The notes under the pieces are model-generated. The model was not told the origin of the DNA, ran no database searches, and saw only the letters and a list, made by a program, of their open reading frames with translations. A stretch of 64,000 nucleotides of DNA. Source: a virus. A program made the translations under genes and the position numbers. Below, piece by piece: positions 41,379 to 51,113 of the stretch (position 1 is its first letter; each line of letters starts with the position of its first letter). The stretch spans positions 32,001-96,000 of IMG/VR virus record IMGVR_UViG_3300044641_010298; one strand, written 5' to 3'.

Positions 41379-42680
41379 TTAAACTGTTTCGATACCAGCA
41401 GCAACTGATCTGATCGACGTCCTCGTCGATAAAAAAACCTTGATAGCCTGGTAAGCCATTTCAGCGGGTACCACATTGTTCCTTCCAAATAATAGACACA
41501 TCTTAGCAGATGAAAACTCTTGGAAATCATTTTTTTCAATAAATCCAGATTTAAAAATCTTGGGAAGAGATCGAAATGTTCTATCTAGTCTCTCAACAAT
41601 GTTAGGATCATTTTTTTGATCATCTATCCCGACTTCAATCTTTGTAGAAGAAGAAGAAAGGCTCCTTATTCTAGGCTCAAGAATATGAGCAAGATTTAGA
41701 TTTTCATCAATTCTTTTTCTCAATCCCGTTGTATGAGCATGAACATCCTTTCTTGCAGACTCTCTTTCAATGCTAATTTGATTTCTTGAGATGATAACTC
41801 TGTCTGCTTCAGACTTTTGTCTATCGATTCCTGTTGAAATCGTATCTCCTCGGGCTGCTGCAATGGGTTCAATTCCAAATATTATCCCAAGATCAACAAG
41901 AGTGTTGACGTGAAATTCTGTCACAGGAACTTTAACAAGAATTACGTCTAAATTTCCTGCAATGTAGTTCTTTGTCAAGGTTTCCATGACATCGGGTAGA
42001 CAATCTAGACAAAATATTACACAAGGAATTCTATTTTTAGAAGAATCCTCGAGAAATCTGTGAATTTCGCTCACATTCTCAATTATTCCATCAATAATTA
42101 TTGATCTTACATTTTTCCTATTCCAAACACCTTTTTGAAGAAATCTCTGATCAATTTCAAGATCAGAAAATCCATATCCTAAAGACCTTGTGATCTTAGT
42201 GGCGGAAAGGGGAGACTTCTTCACAAGAATCTTGTCATCAGACATTATTGTAGAAAAAGTCTTCTCTATAATTCTTCTGTAAGGTTCACTTCCGGCATCA
42301 AAAGTCCTGAGAATATCTCTCTTCCTTGAGGGAATTGATCTCTCTGAAATTTTGGACAATATCTTGTCCCACTCATCATCGGGCTCTGCGCCAATCGACT
42401 TCTTTGCGATGTCGTCAATTACTGCACTTGATAAAATTCTAAGAAATAGCTCTCCTGCGCCAGCAGCATATTTTTCAGCCTGAATTGCTGCTGACTCGAT
42501 CATAGGGGTTATCAATCCGTCTCTATTAGATCCTCTCCTGATCACAAGGGTCTGTACTGGATCCCTGTGGGATCCAGACTGAGTGAAGGCATCTCCAGCA
42601 TCGCAAATTTTTTGTATGTCATCACATGCTTTTCTTGCTTTGCTGGAGATCTCTCTTTCATTTAGGAATCTTGTGTACAT
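41379..42680 (-). CDS. Divergent GroEL/Cpn60-like protein
   Basis: Apical-domain pattern 'IIIDGIIENVSEIHRFLE..SK.RIPCVIF...DVMETL..N...GNLDVILVKVP'; GDGTTT replaced by 'AAGAGEL'; start MYTRF with GGAG RBS. Confidence 0.65.
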   Translation of the reverse strand: MYTRFLNEREISSKARKACDDIQKICDAGDAFTQSGSHRDPVQTLVIRRGSNRDGLITPMIESAAIQAEKYAAGAGELFLRILSSAVIDDIAKKSIGAEPDDEWDKILSKISERSIPSRKRDILRTFDAGSEPYRRIIEKTFSTIMSDDKILVKKSPLSATKITRSLGYGFSDLEIDQRFLQKGVWNRKNVRSIIIDGIIENVSEIHRFLEDSSKNRIPCVIFCLDCLPDVMETLTKNYIAGNLDVILVKVPVTEFHVNTLVDLGIIFGIEPIAAARGDTISTGIDRQKSEADRVIISRNQISIERESARKDVHAHTTGLRKRIDENLNLAHILEPRIRSLSSSSTKIEVGIDDQKNDPNIVERLDRTFRSLPKIFKSGFIEKNDFQEFSSAKMCLLFGRNNVVPAEMAYQAIKVFLSTRTSIRSVAAGIETV

Positions 42681-42693
42681 GTCTCCATTATTA

Positions 42694-44619
42694 TCAGGAA
42701 TCTCTCCAAAGATTATTGGCAGCGAAAGTAATAATCTCTTCTGCTGATTCTGGCGTGTAACCGTAGTCCTTGACCATGGTCTCAACCATCTCAGAGTACT
42801 TCTTCTGCTGCTCATTATCACGGCTCTTGGACTTGGTGACAATCCTCGCTAGATCCTTGACAGTGGCAATCAGATAGCTCTCAATTGCCTCTTTGAGGGG
42901 CTCATAGGACTTATAATCAACCTTTTGTCCGCGACGAACCTTGGCAAACATGTAAGCCGTGACATCAGCTCGGAATCCATCACGAGAAGATCCGACAATT
43001 CCGATCTGCTCCTCGATTGCCTTCATAAACTTCTCATCAGGCTCTCTCTCCTCGTTTGTCACACGATCCTTGAGCCGCTGCTTTGTGGTGAATGACTCAG
43101 CATTGTCGAGGTAGTTGTCGAAGAGCGACTGTGCCTGTTCCTCGTAGGCGGTGACAAAGGCCTTGGCAATCTCACCCTCAAGGATTTTTAGATATTCCTC
43201 GCGAATAAGCTTCTGCAGAATCTCTAGGTAGTTCTTCTTCTTCTCCTCGTCAATGATCTGCTCCTTCACCTGCTTGATAAGCGCATCGATGACTCGCATG
43301 GGAGTGATGAAACTCTTATCAGAATCAGTGAGAGCAGAGTCGATTGCCTTGGTGATGAATCGTGTTGAGATTCCGTCCATTCCCTCGTGCTTGGCCTCGT
43401 CTCGGAGGTCCTTGATATCAACCTTCTTGGTGCGACCCTTCTCGACAACTTCTTGGCCATCATAGATCTTCATCTTGGTGAGAAGATCGCACTTCTGAGA
43501 TGGCTTTAGGCGGCTCATGACCGAGAACATTGCAGCGACCTTGATGGTGTGCGGAGAGAGATGTGCCTTAAAATCAGATCTACGAAGCATCTTATCGTAA
43601 ATCTTCATCTCCTGAGTGAGCTCTAGGACGTATGGGACCTCAATCTTTACGACTCGATCTAGAATTGCCTCGTTCGTATGCTCCGACTTAAATCGATTCC
43701 ACTCTGACTCATTACAGTGTGAGATGATGACTCCATCGAAGTAAAGCATTGCGTTCTTACCAGGAGTCGGAACGTTCTTTTCTTGGGTTGCTGTGATGAT
43801 GGTATGGAGGAACTCGATCTCATTCTTAAAGATCTCAACGAATTCAACCACGCCGCGGTTGCCAACATTGAAGGCACCGTCAAGAGAAAGAACCCGAGGA
43901 TCATTCTCAGAGTACTTGTCGAGCTTCGAGATGTCCTCAGAACCGATGAGTGCAGAGACGTCCTGAGAGTTGGCATCCATGGGAGGTACAACAGCAATAC
44001 CACGACGAGCACGCTGTGAAAACCCGCTGCGAACAATTGGGAACTTCTCGTACTCTCCCTTGAAATCCTCCATCAGCCTGTGTCGACAAATTGGACAGAG
44101 GTCACCCTCGATGTGCACACCAAGCGCCTTCTCAAATTGATCTCTGAGGGCGCGCGGTAGAAGGTGAAGGGGCTCCTCTCGAACTGGGCACCCTTCGAGG
44201 TGGTAAACAGGCTCAGCTGCCTTCTCAAGCGACTTCTTGACAGCATCTGCAAGTGCGCTCTTTCCGGATCCAACTGGTCCCATGAGAAGAAGAACCTGTC
44301 GACTCTCCTCGCCCTTCAGTGACGCAGACTTTAGGAATCTCATGATCTTAGCGATGACTCGCTCATGACCATAAAACTCGTCCTTAAAGTAATTGTAGAT
44401 CTTGAGCTTGTCACCATCGAATAGCTTCTTGCAACGTGGATCTGATTCATCCATTGTTTCGATTCCGTATGTTGCAACTGAATCGAAAAGTCGACGTGCT
44501 GAAAGCTTGGAAACATCTGGATTCTCCTTTAGGACTTCCAGATAGTCCACCAGCGTTCCTGTCCAGGGCTCCTTCTGGCTCTCTGCTCTTTGCTGCTTAA
44601 TAAGCTTTAGAAAATCCAT
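42694..44619 (-). CDS. prkA: PrkA/YeaG family AAA+ serine kinase
   Basis: 'RQVLLLMGPVGSGKS', 'GCPVREEPL', 'NRGVVEFVEIFK', 'HCNESEW', 'NEAILDR' and 'EGMDGISTRF' motifs. Confidence 0.92.
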   Translation of the reverse strand: MDFLKLIKQQRAESQKEPWTGTLVDYLEVLKENPDVSKLSARRLFDSVATYGIETMDESDPRCKKLFDGDKLKIYNYFKDEFYGHERVIAKIMRFLKSASLKGEESRQVLLLMGPVGSGKSALADAVKKSLEKAAEPVYHLEGCPVREEPLHLLPRALRDQFEKALGVHIEGDLCPICRHRLMEDFKGEYEKFPIVRSGFSQRARRGIAVVPPMDANSQDVSALIGSEDISKLDKYSENDPRVLSLDGAFNVGNRGVVEFVEIFKNEIEFLHTIITATQEKNVPTPGKNAMLYFDGVIISHCNESEWNRFKSEHTNEAILDRVVKIEVPYVLELTQEMKIYDKMLRRSDFKAHLSPHTIKVAAMFSVMSRLKPSQKCDLLTKMKIYDGQEVVEKGRTKKVDIKDLRDEAKHEGMDGISTRFITKAIDSALTDSDKSFITPMRVIDALIKQVKEQIIDEEKKKNYLEILQKLIREEYLKILEGEIAKAFVTAYEEQAQSLFDNYLDNAESFTTKQRLKDRVTNEEREPDEKFMKAIEEQIGIVGSSRDGFRADVTAYMFAKVRRGQKVDYKSYEPLKEAIESYLIATVKDLARIVTKSKSRDNEQQKKYSEMVETMVKDYGYTPESAEEIITFAANNLWRDS

Positions 44620-44629
44620 TTTAGACCTC

Positions 44630-45934
44630 TCAGATTTCAAAATATTCGTCCTCGATCTCAGTTACCAGCTTAACTGGACCACCCCAGATCTCGCTGATAT
44701 TTTTTACGCAATTGTCAGCATAGTCAAGCTCAAGATCCCTGCCATCATGTTCGTGAACAAGTATCAAAGTATCCTTCTTGACTTCATCAACGTAAATGAT
44801 AGGAATGCCATTGCCACCCACTGAGTTCAGTAGCGTCTGACGACACACCTTCCATCCGTCCTCATCTGACAAATCATCAATTGTCCAGTCTCCGTTCCGC
44901 TTCTTTGCTGAGTAGGTGAAAAGATTAAGCTTCTCACAAATGTCTCGATCCAGATACTGCATGATGAAAGACTCGTCATTGTGGACCTCCCTTGCGATAA
45001 AGCACTCCTCGATTCCTCTCTCCTCTTCAATTTTCTTGAAGAGCTCAAATCCCAGATGATAAGGGTTGATTGATCCACCCCAGGGTCGAAGAACAAGGTT
45101 ATGAATTCTGAGAAATGGAATGTGCATACTGTCAGGTAGCTCAAGCTGATTTAAAGTACGATAGTGCCAAAAACTTGCCCATCCCTCATTCATTACCTTT
45201 GTCCTGATCTGTGGCATGAAGTAGAGAGATTCTCCCCTGATGATCTCAATAATATCTTTCTGCCAAGGCTTAAGGTCTTTACAATTTTCCTGAAGGAATA
45301 GTAGAAGATCATATTCAGGTGCTAAAGGATGCTTAATCTGATCAGAATCTTTAAGATTTTTTGTATTCTTACTATCCTTCCAGAAAGATTCAACTAGATC
45401 TCTCTCTTCTCTCCTGAATCTTCCTCTCCTGTCAACCTGATACTGAATACTGTGGCATGAATCTATTAATTTCTCAACTCTTTCTATTCCAATTGAAGGA
45501 TCTTCAATGTATGACTGAATTCTAGATCTTGCGCTTCTAAATCTTGTTGTTACATTGTCAGCATCTGTATCTCTAAAAGTTCTGTTCTTCTTAAAGAAAT
45601 CAGAATGACCCACACAATGAGCCATAATCAGAACCTGAAGATATAGAGGATTCTCAAGCATCAGATATGCAATAGAAGGATTTGAGTTAATGATCAACTC
45701 ATAAGGCAATCCCTCAGCTCCTGCATTGTACATGTGATGAGTTCTTTCAAATGACTTTCCATATGACCAGTGAGAAAAGTGAGAAGGCATGCCATGATAA
45801 GACATGTTTCCTATCATCTCAAAATAATCACATGTCTCATATGCAATCTCATACCAGTCTAGCCCGCTCGCCTTAGAGATTTCGCATATCCTCCGGTCCC
45901 AGTCGGCAAGCTCCTCCATGGTCCAATTAGACAT
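44630..45934 (-). CDS. spoVR: SpoVR/YcgB family protein
   Basis: 'GMPSHFSHWSYGK', 'YELIINSNPSIAYL', 'AHCVGHSDFF', 'TKVMNEGWASFWH' and 'NPYHLG' motifs. Confidence 0.92.
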   Translation of the reverse strand: MSNWTMEELADWDRRICEISKASGLDWYEIAYETCDYFEMIGNMSYHGMPSHFSHWSYGKSFERTHHMYNAGAEGLPYELIINSNPSIAYLMLENPLYLQVLIMAHCVGHSDFFKKNRTFRDTDADNVTTRFRSARSRIQSYIEDPSIGIERVEKLIDSCHSIQYQVDRRGRFRREERDLVESFWKDSKNTKNLKDSDQIKHPLAPEYDLLLFLQENCKDLKPWQKDIIEIIRGESLYFMPQIRTKVMNEGWASFWHYRTLNQLELPDSMHIPFLRIHNLVLRPWGGSINPYHLGFELFKKIEEERGIEECFIAREVHNDESFIMQYLDRDICEKLNLFTYSAKKRNGDWTIDDLSDEDGWKVCRQTLLNSVGGNGIPIIYVDEVKKDTLILVHEHDGRDLELDYADNCVKNISEIWGGPVKLVTEIEDEYFEI

Positions 45935-47120
45935 CTTCGATTCCTCCAAAAAGCTTCTTGAATACTGGCCAGATATCCTGTGCATTCTTAATAATGTTCA
46001 TTTTAAACTTGGTATTCTGAAGTGAAACAAGGCTTCCCCAGACTGTCTTATCAACATCCTCATTCCAAGAGCTATCTGAACGAACTCCTGTTAAAATCTC
46101 AGAATATCCAATCATTTGTGATATATCAGCAAGCTCTGCAAATTCTTTCTTTGCTTTTGCATTGTCTTCAGGCCAGTTATCACCATCAGTACAATGAAAA
46201 GCGTAGATGTTCCATGAAGAAGGGTGGAAGCGCTTCATTGCAATCTCTCTGGCAAGTGCCGGAGCCGAGCTAATGTACGTTCCTCCAGACTCGACACGCT
46301 TAAAGAACGAGTCTTCGTCAACTTCCCTAGCCTCAGTTGTGTGAGAGATGAATACAATTTCAAGATTCTCATACTTGTATCGAAGAAAATGGTATAGAAC
46401 AAAGAAGAATGATCTTGCTATGTATTTAACATCTTTCGTCATTGATCCTGATACATCCATCATAAAAAATACAACCGCGCTTGATGACTCCTTTGGTTTT
46501 GACTTAATGTGATGATACCTTAGATCATTATCATGAAACGGGAATAGCTCTTCACCTGTCTCAGGATCTATCTCAATCTCGCCTGCTCTCTTTGCAGCAG
46601 ATTTTCTCTTGATTCTCTCAATTGCAGAAAGCTTCTTGTCAAGACGAGGCTGGATGCCAGTAGTTCTAGTTCCGTGGCGCTTTGGCTTCTCCTGCATGAT
46701 TGTCTTGAGTCTCTTCTTATCAAGATCTGGCAGGCTTAAAGAGTCAAAAAGATATTCAGCTAATTCCTCTAGGGAGATCTCAACCTCATATGCCTCTTCG
46801 CCTTTATCTTTTCCCGCCTTGTTTCCACCGCCCTGACCTTGTTGTTGACCCTTTCTAACAACCTGACCTTCCTCAATGTCTTGACCCGGAGCAGATCCTA
46901 TCTTCTTTTGTCCGGTGTTGTCACCGTATACAAACTGCCATTCCTTAATTCCTCGAACTGGAATTTTTATCCGCTTCTTTCCGTCTTGGCCAATAATTGA
47001 TTCTTCAGAAATAATGTCAGTAATACCATCTCTAATGGCTTTTTCAATCTTCTTCTTGTGTCTCGATCGATCTGAAGCAGACCTATCTGCAGACGTCTTG
47101 TGTTCGCGAAAGATTGACAA
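45927..47120 (-). CDS. yeaH: YeaH/YhbH (DUF444) VWA-domain protein
   Basis: 'MMDVSGSM' MIDAS, 'FISHTTEAREVDE..FF', 'ESGGT' and 'WNIYAFHCTDGDNW' motifs; TTG start with AAGGAG RBS. Confidence 0.9.
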   Translation of the reverse strand: MSIFREHKTSADRSASDRSRHKKKIEKAIRDGITDIISEESIIGQDGKKRIKIPVRGIKEWQFVYGDNTGQKKIGSAPGQDIEEGQVVRKGQQQGQGGGNKAGKDKGEEAYEVEISLEELAEYLFDSLSLPDLDKKRLKTIMQEKPKRHGTRTTGIQPRLDKKLSAIERIKRKSAAKRAGEIEIDPETGEELFPFHDNDLRYHHIKSKPKESSSAVVFFMMDVSGSMTKDVKYIARSFFFVLYHFLRYKYENLEIVFISHTTEAREVDEDSFFKRVESGGTYISSAPALAREIAMKRFHPSSWNIYAFHCTDGDNWPEDNAKAKKEFAELADISQMIGYSEILTGVRSDSSWNEDVDKTVWGSLVSLQNTKFKMNIIKNAQDIWPVFKKLFGGIEDV

Positions 47121-47245
47121 AATTACTCCTTAGGACATTAGAATAATACACCAGCATGTTGATTCGTTCTATAGCTACATATTTAGAAATACTAGCAATA
47201 TTCGTCTCACGGGCTTTATTTTGGATCACAAGAGGAAAAGAAAAG

Positions 47246-47626
47246 ATGAGAAAAATGATAGTAGAAAAGAGTTGCGCTCAAGACAAAGATTCTGTATCTC
47301 TCATCTGCCAATTTTGTCTATTTGCTACAGATCATCTTAAAATCGGAGATACAGATTATAAAGTTGTCATTACTGGGGATAAAGAAAAGCACGGAATTAA
47401 AACAACGGCATATTTCAATCCCCAAACAAATGATCTAGTTATCTTTACAGCTGGCAGACATCCGCACGATATTTGTCGATCAATTGCACACGAGATGGTC
47501 CACATGCGTCAAGGAAAGCACAATTTCTATGGAAAGAAGAATATTAAAGATGTCGGAGGATTCTTTGAGGACGAAGCAAACGCTGTCGCAGGTCAAATTG
47601 TAAAGCTTTTTATAGCATACAGATGA
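47246..47626 (+). CDS. HExxH metallopeptidase-like protein
   Basis: 'RSIAHEMVHMRQ...EDEANA' motif. Confidence 0.6.
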   Translation: MRKMIVEKSCAQDKDSVSLICQFCLFATDHLKIGDTDYKVVITGDKEKHGIKTTAYFNPQTNDLVIFTAGRHPHDICRSIAHEMVHMRQGKHNFYGKKNIKDVGGFFEDEANAVAGQIVKLFIAYR

Positions 47627-47628
47627 AA

Positions 47629-47922
47629 CTATCTTCCAAATGCGATAATCTTCCATGCCTCTGGAAGGACTGCAATTCCTTCTTCGTGATCATTATCAAA
47701 TGTCTCATCCTCAGCGTCTGTGTGCATTGCTTTACCTTGCGCTGCATCTAGGGCACTATCTGGATCCTCATCTGGAATTACTTCAATTCTAGACTGCGTG
47801 CCTACAGAATATGAGCCAGGCTCGGCGACATAAGACTCTCTCTTGCCTGTAATCTCACCTTCTAGAAATTTTTTAACTTCCTCTTTGATGATTCTTCGAA
47901 CCATTTTTTCGGATATTATCAT
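47629..47922 (-). CDS. Leader-family protein (acidic cargo)
   Basis: N-terminus MIISEKMVRRIIKEEVKKFLE; GATATGTA upstream. Confidence 0.7.
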   Translation of the reverse strand: MIISEKMVRRIIKEEVKKFLEGEITGKRESYVAEPGSYSVGTQSRIEVIPDEDPDSALDAAQGKAMHTDAEDETFDNDHEEGIAVLPEAWKIIAFGR

Positions 47923-47940
47923 TTAAGGCCTCTGTGATTC

Positions 47941-47948
47941 TACATATC
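47941..47948 (-). promoter_or_regulatory. Putative late promoter GATATGTA
   Basis: The 17-mer GATATGTAGAATCACAG is also found at 56524-56540. Confidence 0.65.
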
Positions 47949-47958
47949 TAGCCTATTG

Positions 47959-48780
47959 TCACTCATCCGGAAAAATCGATGAATCAAGCAATACCAGCCT
48001 GCCATCTCTGGCAATTCCAGTATTTTCACCGTTTATCTCGCTAACCCTGATATTGTACCGACCTAGCGCTCGGATGAATCCAGCAAACGTGGACGAGCTA
48101 TCTTTGAGATCACTGCGGATCGAGAGGAGAGAAATATCAGGATTTTGACTTTTTCTCACAATTTCCCCGCCAGGAAAATAATGTCGCAGGGTATCTTCCT
48201 CCCTCAATCTCTCCTGACGCCTGTCATTGTACCCTCCGAGGAGCACACGAATTAGGGTCGCGTATTCCTCAAGGCCCGTTTCCCCTAGAGATTTTGGATT
48301 AGGCAGAAGATCTGTTCGAAAGAATCGAAAGAAATCCGCCTCACGACGCAGCGGCTCAACTTCCTCCATGACGATCCAGGAGAAATCAGGCGCGTGCTCA
48401 TATGATCGCGGAAAAACATCCGTTACGAGATCGTCTTGCCCCATTGTCCAGTCGTCCTGATTCATCTGACCAACATCAAAATCATCTGCTGGAATAGATC
48501 TCAGCCTGTCCTTGGAGATCTTGAGGACACGATTATTTCCAATAGTGAAAGTGACCCGAAAGGAGCCGTCTGCAATGTACTCAACCGGAATCCCGAATTT
48601 TTCTCGCAAGGATTCAACTTCAGGATCATCAGGTCCAAACATCCACTCACCATGTCGACTAAACATCTCCATGAGAATATCTGAAAGTGCATCCAGGGTG
48701 CTTACACTTGTGACCGCTTTCTGCTTTATTGAATCTGCAATAACCTCTTGAATTAAAGATTTAAGTAGATTCATCTTCAT
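47959..48780 (-). CDS. Leader-family protein with protein-kinase-like domain
   Basis: 'IADGSFRVTF' G-loop, 'VLKI', 'WIVMEEV', 'SEINGEN' and 'LVLLDSS' motifs. Confidence 0.6.
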   Translation of the reverse strand: MKMNLLKSLIQEVIADSIKQKAVTSVSTLDALSDILMEMFSRHGEWMFGPDDPEVESLREKFGIPVEYIADGSFRVTFTIGNNRVLKISKDRLRSIPADDFDVGQMNQDDWTMGQDDLVTDVFPRSYEHAPDFSWIVMEEVEPLRREADFFRFFRTDLLPNPKSLGETGLEEYATLIRVLLGGYNDRRQERLREEDTLRHYFPGGEIVRKSQNPDISLLSIRSDLKDSSSTFAGFIRALGRYNIRVSEINGENTGIARDGRLVLLDSSIFPDE

Positions 48781-49645
48781 CTTTCAGAAGCTCCAAGATC
48801 TCGCCCGCCTGAATCGCTCCAACAGGTCCAGTTAGCACCATCCCGAGCAATCGCTCAACGAGATCCTCGTCCTCCTCAAATTTGAGGAACTCGGCGACCC
48901 TCCCGAAAGAACCGTTGATGGTCCGAAGGGCCTCGATCTCCTCAGGGTTGCTCTTGATGATCTCAATCGCATCAAGGTAACCCGCTGAGTACTGCTTGTT
49001 CTTCTCATTGTACGTGTTTCGGAGCCAGGCACTGATCCGCTCACAGGCGAAATCAAGATCGCTGACCCCTTCAACCCAGCGTTGGCTCTCATTGGACGCT
49101 GTACGCTGGATCTCTTTTCCCATCTCCGGATGCTGCCTGTAGACTGTTGCACCGAGGCTATCGAGGAAGTACTGTGGACTTGCGACAAAGTTGTCCTCAG
49201 TGTGGCTCTCGTAGTACTCCATTACCTTACTGAAGATCGAGATGAGGTGCTCGGCAGCACGACGCTGGTCATCTGCATCCTGATCTTCAATCTTCACGTA
49301 CTTCCAGCCGCCGTCAGGATCTTTCACCACACGCCACGCAGCGTCGTCGGCAATCTCCTTGAGGCGCTTGAGACCGGTGCCGGTGATCCAGGTACGGCAG
49401 AAGCAGGCGATGACGTAAGCGACGTCATCGATGTGGGTGGGATCCTCAACATTTGGCAGCGGCTTCGGTGGGTCTTCCTTCTTTGCAGGCGGTGTCCAGT
49501 CCTCCTCGCCATCGTCCGCGTCGGAAGCGCCGTCCCAGTCATCTTCGTAATCATCATCATCGACTGCCTCGAGGACCCGCTTCATCTCTTCCTTGATAAT
49601 GTTTCTAAGTCTTGTTTCATTGATGAACATAGGATCTTCTCTCAT
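48761..49645 (-). CDS. Leader-family protein with shared C-terminal GPxG..QAxE motif
   Basis: MFINETRLRNIIKEEMKRVLE; C-terminus LTGPVGAIQAGEILELL. Confidence 0.7.
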   Translation of the reverse strand: MREDPMFINETRLRNIIKEEMKRVLEAVDDDDYEDDWDGASDADDGEEDWTPPAKKEDPPKPLPNVEDPTHIDDVAYVIACFCRTWITGTGLKRLKEIADDAAWRVVKDPDGGWKYVKIEDQDADDQRRAAEHLISIFSKVMEYYESHTEDNFVASPQYFLDSLGATVYRQHPEMGKEIQRTASNESQRWVEGVSDLDFACERISAWLRNTYNEKNKQYSAGYLDAIEIIKSNPEEIEALRTINGSFGRVAEFLKFEEDEDLVERLLGMVLTGPVGAIQAGEILELLKDEDEST

Positions 49646-49653
49646 GTCTTTAA

Positions 49654-50358
49654 TTATCCCAGAATATTAATGATCTCATAAGCCTGGATGACGCCATCCG
49701 GGCCCGATAGTATCATATTTGTCAAATTTTCTTGATATTCTGGATCTATGTTACTAAAATTCACGTCCCTAAAAAAGACAAGTGCTTGCAAATAATTCAT
49801 GTACAATTCTTTCATTTCTGGATCTGTTTTGTCAAACACAGATCTGAGCTCTTTAATCTCTGTGGATATAATTTTTTCTCTAGGAAAATCTCCTATTGAC
49901 ATCGATCTAGATCTTATCTCAGCCATCTGGTTAAGGACATTATTTATTATTGATGAAATCTTATAGTATTTTCTCATAAATTCATCGCCGAATTTTTGTC
50001 TTTCTAGCGCTTGGAGCCCTGCAAATGTTTCTTCAATTTCTTGTCTTTTTAGACCTGGTGAAACATTTTTAATTACATCATAGAAATCATAGCTTTTGAA
50101 AAATGAAGAATTCACTCTAGAATTCTGTAGCATGTCTCTAAAGCTCTCAACTTCAAGAATTATGTCTGGATTAATGTCTTTGGAATTAGGACTCTCAAGA
50201 AAAATCTTGATGGAATATATGCGAGACTTAATTGTTTCATCTACTCCGAATCTCGCAAGAAGGGCACACATTAGCTGATAATCACTTTCCTGTGCAAGCT
50301 CATATGATTCCAAAAGAATCACACGAATTGCATGACGGATGGAATTTTCTTTTTTCAT
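49654..50358 (-). CDS. Leader-family protein with shared C-terminal motif
   Basis: MKKENSIRHAIRVILLE; C-terminus LSGPDGVIQAYEIINIL. Confidence 0.7.
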   Translation of the reverse strand: MKKENSIRHAIRVILLESYELAQESDYQLMCALLARFGVDETIKSRIYSIKIFLESPNSKDINPDIILEVESFRDMLQNSRVNSSFFKSYDFYDVIKNVSPGLKRQEIEETFAGLQALERQKFGDEFMRKYYKISSIINNVLNQMAEIRSRSMSIGDFPREKIISTEIKELRSVFDKTDPEMKELYMNYLQALVFFRDVNFSNIDPEYQENLTNMILSGPDGVIQAYEIINILG

Positions 50359-50366
50359 GACTTTAA

Positions 50367-51080
50367 TTATTCCAGAACTGATGCAAGCTCTGCAGCCTGC
50401 ATAAGACCTTCCGGACCCTCAGCAATAAGTTCGCTGAGCTTCTCTCGATATTCAGCGTCTATATTAGTAGTGTTGACCTTCCTAAATCGAGATGCGCTTC
50501 TCATGCAAGACACGTAAGTTTCTATTGTTGATCTTGGGATTTTCTGCAATATGAATCTGAGCGAGCGTATATTGCGCTTGGCCCCATCATGAGCGCTGAT
50601 ACCTGCATAGCTCTCTTGACCCTCAGCAAGCATTCTCAAGTTCCTTGCTAGGCCAGAAATGGGAGTCCTAATGTAGACTTCGTGCTCAAATAAGAAGGAG
50701 AAATTCTCATCGATCCATACTCTGATCCTTTTCCATATATCATTTCTCGAATCTACATCAGCATAATCGTAAGCTAGTCCTATAACACTGTCAAGATCTC
50801 TTCTTCTTGCCAACTCAGGGTCAGAGAGGCCAGATTTCAGCGCTTTTCCTACGTTCTCAATGTATTCAATGTCATTTTGGTCAAAAGTTTCTCGAGCGGG
50901 GCTTGCCAGGAATCTAGAGATTGAATCTGCGAACCTAACAACGTTGCTTCTTTCTTCATCGTTTAGCATTATCGAGCAGATAAAATAAGCATTATCATCT
51001 GCTGAAGATGACTTATTTTCCTCTGAGTCCTGGATCTGCTCAAAGATGAGCTGCCGAATTAGAGATTCTTTTTTATTCAT
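50367..51080 (-). CDS. Leader-family protein with shared C-terminal motif
   Basis: MNKKESLIRQLIFEQI; C-terminus AEGPEGLMQAAELASVL. Confidence 0.7.
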   Translation of the reverse strand: MNKKESLIRQLIFEQIQDSEENKSSSADDNAYFICSIMLNDEERSNVVRFADSISRFLASPARETFDQNDIEYIENVGKALKSGLSDPELARRRDLDSVIGLAYDYADVDSRNDIWKRIRVWIDENFSFLFEHEVYIRTPISGLARNLRMLAEGQESYAGISAHDGAKRNIRSLRFILQKIPRSTIETYVSCMRSASRFRKVNTTNIDAEYREKLSELIAEGPEGLMQAAELASVLE

Positions 51081-51113
51081 TGCACTTCTCTCTGATCTAT
51101 TTGTTTGATGGAT

